From the human T2T-CHM13v2.0 reference genome, Homo sapiens, in assembly GCF_009914755.1 (NCBI RefSeq), contig NC_060926.1: a stretch of 64,000 nt of DNA. One strand, 5' to 3'. Shown here in pieces: positions 56,278 through 64,000 of this stretch (position 1 is its first letter; the number at the start of each line of letters is the position of its first letter). Made by a program: the position numbers and the translations under genes. Below the pieces are notes generated by a model. That model was not told the origin of the DNA and did no database searches. It worked only from the letters and a program-made list of their open reading frames with translations.

Positions 56278-57033
56278 TGAGAGACAGGACTAGCTGGATT
56301 TCCTAGGCCGACTAAGAATTCCTAACCCTAGCTGGGGAAGGTGACTGTATCCACCTTTAAATATGGGGCTTGTAACTCAGCTCACACCTGACCAATCAGG
56401 TAACAGAGAGCTCACTAAAATACCCGTTAAGCTAAAAGCAGGAGGTAAAGAAATAGTCATCTATCGCCTGAGAGCACAGGGGGAGGGACAACTATCAGGA
56501 TATAAACCTAGGTATTCGAACTGGCAGTGGCAACCCCCTTTGGATCCCCTCCCATTGTATGGGAGCTTTGTTTTCACTCTATTAAATCTTGCAACTGCAC
56601 ACTCTTCTGGTCCATGTTTGTTAGGGCTCAAGCTGAGCTTTCACTCGCCGTCCACCACTGCTGAACGTCGCCGTCGCAGACCCGCCATTGACTTTCACCG
56701 CTCTGGATCCGGCAAGGTGTCTGCTGCGCTTCTGATGCAGCAAGGCGCCCATTGCCGCTCCTGATCAGGCTAGAGGCTTGCCATTGTTTCTGCGCGGCTA
56801 AGTGCATGCATTCATCCTAGTAGAGCTGAACACTAGTCGCTGGGTTCCACGGTTCTGTTCTGTGACCCACGGCTTCTAACAGAGCTATAACACTCCCCTC
56901 GTGGCCCAAGGTTCCATTCCTTGGAATCCTTGAGGCCAAGAACCCCAGGTCAGAGAGCAAAAGGCTTGCTGCTATCTTGGGAGCAGCCTGCCATCATCTT
57001 GAGAGCTCTAAGAACAAAGACCCACCAGTAACA
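56278..57033 (+). repeat. 5' LTR (LTR17), TATAAA 56501-56506, ATTAAA 56581-56586
   Basis: Direct repeat of 59827-60589; roughly 10-12% divergent over the ~370 nt I compared by eye. Confidence 0.95.
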
Positions 57034-57035
57034 TC

Positions 57036-57053
57036 TGGTGGCCTGTACAGGGA
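57036..57053 (+). other. Primer-binding site, tRNA-Ile(AAT) type
   Basis: TGGTGGCCTGTACAGGGA versus the complement of the recalled tRNA-Ile(AAT) 3' end, TGGTGGCCCGTACGGGGA: 16/18, both mismatches are CpG transitions. Confidence 0.8.
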
Positions 57054-58619
57054 TTCTCCAAAGCCCTGAGTAATACTGGACCACTTTGACTTGCTATTCT
57101 GTCCTATCCTTCCTTAGAATCAGAGGAAAATACTGGGCAGCTGTTGACCATTTAAAAATGATTAGCATGGCTGCTGGACTTAAGACTCAGGTGTGAGGCT
57201 TTCTGGGAAAAGGCGAACAGCCCCCATCTGAGTTGGGAGCATTGGTCTGCCTGGAACCAGCTTCCGCTTTTACAATTTTCCTGGGGAAGCTGAGGGCCGA
57301 CTAGAAGCAGAAAACTGTCATCCTGAATTCCCGGCATTGGCCAGTCGAGATCATGGTGCAGCCAGAAGTCTCTACTCCACAGTCGCCCATGCAGGCACCC
57401 CTACCTCTCCTTTTGACCCATACCTCCTGGGTCCCAACCACCACTTTCTTGAAAGTGTAGCCCCAAAATTCTCCTTACCTCTGAATCTACTTCCTCCAGT
57501 CCCTGCCTCCTAGGTACTAATGCTTCAGACTTTCACTCCCTCTCCCAGGTATTAGAGCAAGTTGTATCTCCAAAGGGATCTAGAGAAGCTCTACACTGCA
57601 TCCTTAGGCACCTAGGCTATGAACCCAGGGAGTCTTGCCCCTGGTGTCTCTCCCAATTTAGGTATACAGCCCTCGACGTGGGTAGTTAGGTGGGACCCGT
57701 TCCTCACCACCCTTGCCAGGGCCCCAAATTTGTAAATGGCTAGGAGGATTGCTCTCCCATTGTGTAAGATGCTCTCCTCCCCCAATTTCTACCCAGCTTA
57801 CCCCCACCTGCAATGCAATCTCCAAGCCTCAGCTCCTTGGCCAGGGCCTTAGAACTGGTAACCCAGTACTTTAACAACTGGAACTGGGTCTACAACAACA
57901 TAATAGATCAGGATGAAAGCAAATTGAATAAATTAAAGGGAGGAGCATATTCCTATAGTGGCAAATGGGGGCAACGAGCAAATGTCCTTCTGCTGTGTTC
58001 CCAAAATCCATCTACCAAAGGGAAGGGAGAAAGAGAGGGGAAAAAGAGAGAAAGAGGTAGAGAAACAAAGGGAGTCAGAGAGAGACAGAAAGTCAGAGAG
58101 AGAAAGAAAGAGAAGTAGTAAAGAAAAAAGTGTACCCTATTCCTTTAAAAGCCAGGGTAAATTTAAAACCTATAATTGATAATTGAAGATCCTCTCCGTG
58201 ACCCTGTAACACTCCAATACCACCTTGTTATCAGTGTAAACAAGGGTGTAGCCAAAAGCGCTGAGGCCACTGACAACCCGTAGCCTTCCTATCAAAAATC
58301 CTTAACCCAATAACCCACAGATGGCTCAAATGCATTCAATCTGTAGCAGCAACTGCTTTGCTAGCAGAAGAAAGTAGAAGAATAACTTTAGAGGAAACCT
58401 CATTATGAGCATACCTCACCAGTTCAGAAATACCCTAAGTAAAAAAGGCAAAAAGGTAGCTTACTGACTCAAAAATCTTAAAGTATCGGGCTGTTCTTTA
58501 GAAAAAGATGATTTAACATTAACCACTGAAAATTCCCTTAACCCAGCAGATTTCCTAACGGGATTTAAATCTTATTACTATACAAAGTTCTAACCAGACC
58601 TAGGAGGAACTTCCTTGAG

Positions 58620-58832
58620 GACAGGACAATAAATAGTTCCTCCCGGGTGATTGAGGGAAAAAAACACAATGGGTATTCAGTAATTGATAGGAAAACTCTT
58701 GTAGAAGCAGAGTTAGAAAAATTGTCTAATAATTGGTCTGCTCAAACGTGCGAGCTGTTTGCACTCAGCCAAGCCTTAAAGTACTTACAGAACCAGGAAG
58801 GAACCATCTATACCAATTCTAAGTTAATTTAG
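58620..58832 (+). pseudogene. Retroviral RNase H-like relic in the pre-gag leader
   Basis: GKKHNGYSVID…SAQTCELFALSQALKYLQNQEGTIYTNS follows the gammaretroviral RNase H pattern (GY-V…SAQ-xEL-AL…IYTDS). Confidence 0.75.
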
Positions 58833-58857
58833 ACTAAACAAAGTCTTAGTAATAGCA

Positions 58858-59485
58858 AAGGACCTAAAAGCCCAAGGCCATGCAATAGCCCCTGCAGTAC
58901 TCCAATTTTAGGAGTGCAGAAGCCCAACGGACAGTGGAGGTTAGTGCAAGATCTCAGGATTATCAATGAGGCCGTTGTCCCTCTATACCCAGCTGTACCT
59001 AACCCTTATACTCTACTTTCCCAAATACCAGAGGAAGCAGAATGGTTTACAGTCCTGGACCTTAAGGATGCCTTTTTCTGTATCCCTGTACATCCTGACT
59101 CTCAATTCTTGTTTGCCTTTGATGATCCTTCGAACCAACATCTCAACTCACCTGGACTGTTTTACCCCAAGGGTTCAGGGCTAGCCCCCATCTATTTGGC
59201 CAGGCATTAGCCCAAGACTTGAGTCAGTTCTCATACTTGGACACTCTTGTCCTTTGGTATGTGGATGATTTAGTTTTAGCCACCTGTTCAGAAACCTTGT
59301 GCCATTAAGCCACCCAAACACTCTTAAAGTTCCTCGCCACCTGTGGCTACAAGGTTTCCAAACCAAAGGCTTACCTCTACTCACAGCAGGTTAAATACTT
59401 AGGGCTAAAATTATCCAAAGGCACCTGGGCCCTCACTGAGGAACACATCCAGCTTATACTGGCTTATGCTCATCCCAAAACCCTA
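58858..59485 (+). pseudogene. Disrupted pol (reverse transcriptase) fragment
   Basis: QKPNGQWRLVQDLRIINEAV…WFTVLDLKDAFFCIP, LPQG-like region, YVDD at 59258-59269; frameshifts and stops present. Confidence 0.92.
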
Positions 59486-59768
59486 CTAACTGTTGGATGT
59501 GCCTCACCCTGCACTTCAGGCCATACATTTCAATCCCTGTATCTTTAACCTCCTTGTTAAGTTTGTCTCTTCCAGAATTGATGCTGTAAAACTACAAATC
59601 GTTCTTTAAATGGAGCCCCAGATGCAGTCCATGACTAAGATCTACCGTGGACCCCTGGACCGGCCTGCTAGCCCATGCTCTGATGTTGATGACATCAAAG
59701 GCTCCCCTACCGAGGAAATCTCAACTGCACAACCCCTACTATGCCCCAGTTCAGCAGGAAGCAGTTAG
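59474..59768 (+). pseudogene. env remnants: SU CWxC segment fused out of frame to the TM cytoplasmic tail
   Basis: QNPTNCWMCLTLHFRPYISIPV then CIFNLLVKFVSSRIDAVKLQIVL*MEPQMQSMTKIYRGPLDRPASP…SSAGSS*, homologous to syncytin-1. Confidence 0.9.
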
Positions 59769-59814
59769 AGTGGTCGTCAGCCAACCTCCCCAACAGCACT
59801 TGGGTTTTCCTGTT

Positions 59815-59824
59815 GAGAGGGGGG
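59815..59824 (+). other. Polypurine tract
   Basis: GAGAGGGGGG, 2 nt before the 3' LTR. Confidence 0.85.
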
Positions 59825-59826
59825 AC

Positions 59827-60589
59827 TGAGAGACAGGACTAGCTGGATTTCCTAGGCCGACTAAGAATTCCTAAGCCTAGCTGGGGAAGGTGACCTCACC
59901 CACCTTTAAACATGGGGCTTGTAACTCAGCTCACACCTGACCAGTCAGGTAGTAAAGAGAGCTCACTAAAATGCCCATTAGGCTAAAAGCAGGAGGTAAA
60001 GAAATAGTCAATCATCTATCACCTGAGAGCACCCGGGGAGGGACAGTGATCAGGATATAAACCCAGGCATTCGAACCAGCAGTGGCAAGCACCTTTGGGT
60101 CCCCTCCCGTTGTATGGGAGCTTTGGTTTCACTCTGTTAAATCTTGGAACCACACACTCTTCTGGTCCACGTTTGTTACTGTTCGAGCTGAGCTTTTGCT
60201 CACCATCCACCACTGCTGAATGCCACCTTCTCAGACTGGCCATTGACTTTCACCCCTCTGGATCTGGCACCGTGTCCGCTGCGCTTCTGATCCGGGGAGG
60301 TGCCCATTGCCGCTCCCGATCAGGTAGAGGCTCGCCATTGTTTCTGTGCGGCTAAGTGCGCGGGTTTGTCCTACTCGAGCTGAACACTTGTCTCTGGGTT
60401 CCACAGTTCTCTTCCGGGACCCACAGCTTCTAATGGAGTTGTAACACTCACCGCATGGCCCAAGGTTCCATTCCTTGGAATCCGTGAGGCCAAGAACCCC
60501 CCAGGTCAGAGAGCAAAAGGCTTGCTGCCATCTTGGGAGCGGCCCACCACCATCTTGGGAGTTCTAAGAACAAACACCTGCCAGTAACA
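59827..60589 (+). repeat. 3' LTR (LTR17), TATAAA 60056-60061, poly(A) signal mutated to GTTAAA (60136-60141)
   Basis: Direct repeat of the 5' LTR. Confidence 0.95.
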
Positions 60590-60764
60590 GTAAGATAAGA
60601 AAGACATAAGGCTATCTCACTAAGTTTGTATAAATTCTAAAATTCAGAATAAGTTTTGTATGAGGTATTAAAAATTTAGTTTATAATTGTAACATCTTTA
60701 TTTTATAGGCTATTTAAAAATAGGTGTATATTTAACTACAGATGTAATACATGGCTTGAAAAGG

Positions 60765-61030
60765 AAGCGTAGTGTAACATTTCAGACTGAGTGTGGACTC
60801 TGACACCAAGTTACCTGGCTTAAAGTTCCAGTTTTGTTATTTACTAGCTGTGTAGCCTTAAGTAAGTTCCTTAACCCCTTGCTGCCTCAGTATCGTTATA
60901 TGTAAAATTAAGGTAATGAAAATACCTACATTATGAGATTGCTGTGACTGGTGAACAGGTCGGCATGTAAAATATATGAAACAGTGCCTGAAATATTTTA
61001 AAAGCTATATACATTTTAGGTGTTACTATA
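60765..61030 (+). mobile_element. MIR
   Basis: TTTACTAGCTGTGTAGCCTTAAGTAAGTTCCTTAACCCC…TGCCTCAGT…TGTAAAAT. Confidence 0.7.
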
Positions 61031-61211
61031 GTTGAAATAATCCAGAAAATTAGAATTCCCCGTATTATAAGAGAATAGTAAATATTGTCAGATTTTTATA
61101 TACATAGCATAATTTTTTAAAAATTTATTTAAAAATCTACAAACAGTAAAGTTCACTTTTTTAAAAAATATACTTTCTATGGATTTTCACAAATGTGTAT
61201 AGTCTTGTGAC

Positions 61212-61765
61212 TGTCAGAGATGTGTGAACTGGAACAAATCCATCTTAAATAGGAGCTGGGTAAAATGAGGCTGAAACCTACTGGGCTACATTTTCAGACA
61301 GTTAAGGCATTCTGAGTCACAGGATGAGATAGGAGGTCACCACAAAATTCGGGTCATAAAGACCTTGCTGATAAAACAGGTTGCAGTTAAGGAGCTGGCC
61401 AAAACCCACCAAAACCAAGATGGCGACAAGAGTGACCTTTGGTGGTCCTCACTGCTACACTTCCACCAGCACCATGACAGTTTACAAATGCCAGGGCAAT
61501 GTCAAGAAGTTACCCTATAAGGTCTAAAAAGGGAATGCATGAATAATCCATCCCTTGTTTAGCATATCATCAAGAAATAACCATAAAAATGGGCAACCAG
61601 CAGCCCTCAGGGCTGCTCTGTCTGTGGAGTAGCCATTCTTTTATTCCTTTACTTTCTTAATAAACTTGGTTTCAGGTTGCACCGTGGACTCACCCTGAAT
61701 TCTTTCTTGGGCGAGATCCAAGAACTCTCTTTTGGGGTCTGGATCAGGACAGCTTTGCTGTAATG
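61212..61765 (+). mobile_element. MER41A solo LTR, TSD TGAC
   Basis: TGTCAGAG…CCATCTTAAATAGGAGCTGGGTAAAATGAGGCTGA…GAGATCCAAGAAC…GGGGTCTGGATC; 554 bp; TGAC at 61208-61211 and 61766-61769. Confidence 0.9.
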
Positions 61766-61811
61766 TGACCTAACTAGGAAATAGAACAGTTTCCTCAACC
61801 CCCTAAACTAC

Positions 61812-61815
61812 TTCT

Positions 61816-61855
<40 letters not shown>

Positions 61856-62130
61856 AGAGGGAGTCTCACTCTGTCACCAGGCTGGAGTGCAGTGGCACCA
61901 TCTTGGCTCACTGCAACCTCTGACTCCAGGTTCAAGCGATTCTTCTACCTCACCCTCCCTAGTAACTGGGATTACAGGCACGCGCCACCATGCCCAGCTA
62001 ATTTTTGTATTTTTAGTAGAGATGGGGTTTCCTCATGTTGGCCAGGATGGTCTCGATCTCCTGACCTCGTGATCTGCTCCCCTTGGCCTCCCAAAATGCT
62101 GGGATTACAGGCATGAGCCACCGCTGGACC
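61812..62130 (-). mobile_element. AluS with a 37-nt poly(T) tail, TSD AACCCCCTAAACT
   Basis: Dimer; T-run 61818-61854; direct repeat on both sides. Confidence 0.9.
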
Positions 62131-63914
62131 AACCCCCTAAACTTATATTGTGTTGTTTCTTTGTAGTCAAACCATCTCCCTACTTGTAATCTTTGCCAAC
62201 CGCTGATCTGTTTCCTTATCCTTTGGGTTTGCCTTGTCTGGAATGTCATATAAATGAAATAATCCAGTAAAAGATTTTAAAATCATATCTTTTGAGTCTG
62301 GCCTCTTTCATTCAGCATAATACATTTGAGATTAACTCAACATGTTGCATGGATCAGTAGTTTGTCGTTATTCTGAGTAGTATGCCATTGTGTGGATGTA
62401 CTACGGTTTTGTTTATCCATTCTCCCTGACTGACATTTGGCTGGTTTCCAGTTTTTGGTAATTATGAATAATGCTGCTGTGAATAATTACGTATAGGTTT
62501 TTGTGTGAATATACATTTTCATTTGTCTTGGATATTCAGTAGAATTTCTGGGTTTTATTGTAAGTGTATATTTAGGATTTTAAGAAACTACCAAACTTTT
62601 CCAAAGTGGCCATCCCATTTTGCATTCCCACCAGCAATGTTTGCAAGTTCTGGTTGCTGCATATCCTTGTCAGCTCCTGGTATTGTCAGTGGTTTTATTG
62701 TTTTAAAATTTTTTTTTTTAGCTATTCCAAATAAGTGTATAGCTAGCATAATTTGGAACCAAGTTTGTCCATCAAACTCTTGAGACTTGGAAGAAGATAA
62801 AGAATAGGGCTGGATTAAATGCAGAGTCACATAGGAGCTCATAAGGAAGAGATGGAGAGACCATCAGATTTGTGAGAGCTTTGCAATTTCTGTCATATTC
62901 ACTGTTGTAATCCCCAGATGACTAACATAGTGCCTGGCACACGGTAATTGGGATATCTTTGTATGTTTATTGAATCATTGAAAATCAACAAATGATTGAA
63001 AGGGAAGGAATAGAAGTAGGATAGAAGTAATTTTAGATTAGATTTGGTCTGAGTAATCCCAGTATATTCATGTGACACACACCTTTCTACCTGCTTAAGT
63101 CTGAGTTTAGAGACATATTTCAGGGCTAATTTCTGGCCCCTTCGCAGGAGAAAGAGAGCATGATATAGCAGAAGAAGCAGTAAGCAGAAAAGATTTGATG
63201 CTACTAATTTGTTGTGTGGATTTAGGAAAGTCTTCTTAACTCTCCTGAGCCTCAGCTTCATCACTGCATAATGAAAATATTTTATTATATGATAGCTAAT
63301 TTATTTTTTTTCTGTTAATCACATCAAATCAGAAATTGGTGAGGAAGAAGCATGCCAGAGCCTTGATAAGGGAAGCATTATATATGGATACAACGTGAAG
63401 TGTAGCTCTGCAGGGAGTTGAGGGGTGAGTGTTAAACAGAGCTAGCTAATCACTAATTGGCAGAAAAAAAAACAGTAGATAGAAAACGGTAGTTACAGGG
63501 TTTCAAACAGAGCAGCAGCGTTGCAGGACTGGGGGGCGGGGTGGGTGTATAAAAGGAAGTAGGCATTAACAATACCAAATTAAGATGTTCGTAGGTTTTT
63601 TTTTTTTTCTGGGGAGAAGCTAGCTATAGTGTCATCAACGCAAAGAGGAGGACCTGAGCCTCAGAGAAAACAAAGTTGAGGATAGGTGGTAACACAGACC
63701 ACTCTAGGCCCCATGTGTGAGCTCTGGGAATTGTTCAGCATGCTGCTTTCCAGTGGCCTTTTTCTCTACCATTATTACTCCGTTACCCCACTTCTTTAAA
63801 GTTTAGGTCTAGAGTTTAGCAAAAAGCCAGCTCTTAGTTGATATTTATTCAGTTTGTACTTTGAAGGATTTTGTACACGTACTGTCAAGTATCAGTAGAA
63901 ATTTAAAAATAGTC

Positions 63915-64000
63915 GGCTGGGCACAGTGGCTTACGCCTGTAATCCCAGCATTTTGGGAGGCTGAGGCGAGCAGATCATGAGGTCAAGAGAACCAGACCAC
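63915..64000 (+). mobile_element. Alu 5' end (runs off the window or is truncated)
   Basis: GGCTGGGCACAGTGGCTTACGCCTGTAATCCCAGCA. Confidence 0.9.

Larger units (their letters stand above)
56278..60589 (+). mobile_element. Internally deleted HERV-W (HERV17/LTR17) provirus, 4312 bp, TSD GTAA
   Basis: Paired LTRs starting TGAGAGACAGGACTAGCTGGATTTCCTAGG and ending GTAACA, TSD GTAA (56274-56277, 60590-60593), PBS, PPT, RT motifs and a syncytin-1-like env tail. Confidence 0.95.
61110..62745 (-). mobile_element. Old L1M 3' end, interrupted by MER41A and an Alu
   Basis: L1 3' text before 61212, resuming at 61766 and 62131 (GGAATGTCATATAAATGAAAT…CATTTTGCATTCCCACCAGCAATG). Confidence 0.75.

Noticed and set aside
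56363-56764. 133-aa ORF in the 5' LTR
   Set aside because: LTR sequence; the frame is not preserved in the 3' LTR copy, so it is a chance ORF.
57036-57056. tRNA gene fragment
   Set aside because: Only ~19 nt complementary to a tRNA 3' end, located right after the LTR; it is a PBS.
58914-59768. Possible functional RT or syncytin-like Env
   Set aside because: RT is frameshifted before YVDD. env lacks the signal peptide, furin site and fusion peptide, the SU/TM join is out of frame, and the tail has a stop.
56278-60589. L1-mobilised HERV-W processed pseudogene
   Set aside because: Both LTRs are complete, the TSD is 4 bp and there is no poly(A) tail, so this is an integrase-made provirus.

Overview
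Primate (almost certainly human) genomic DNA. The first 57 nt are the 3' end of a coding exon reading (N)EAVSSYCTYFIKQDSKSF(G), followed by a GTAAGT donor. From memory this is the N-terminal extension of the long isoform of LCLAT1 (lysocardiolipin acyltransferase 1), on the + strand. The next exon (…IMVSWKG…) was not found, so the remaining ~63.9 kb appear to be one large intron. It is filled with interspersed repeats: ~27 Alu/FLAM pieces, L1 remnants mostly antisense to the gene, MIR/L2, DNA-transposon fossils (MER2, MER1A, MER33, MER3) and many solo LTRs. The most informative element is a 4.3-kb, sense-oriented HERV-W (LTR17) provirus at 56278-60589. It has both LTRs and a GTAA TSD, a tRNA-Ile-type rather than Trp primer-binding site, an RNase H-like relic upstream of RT, and microhomology-bounded deletions removing gag/pro and most of pol/env. 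Its major splice donor is destroyed, and only the 5' LTR keeps a poly(A) signal. I do not see a convincing new multi-gene biological system. The supplied ORFs are repeat-derived or chance ORFs. Repeat family names come from recalled consensus sequences and need RepeatMasker/Dfam confirmation; boundaries of old repeats are approximate.
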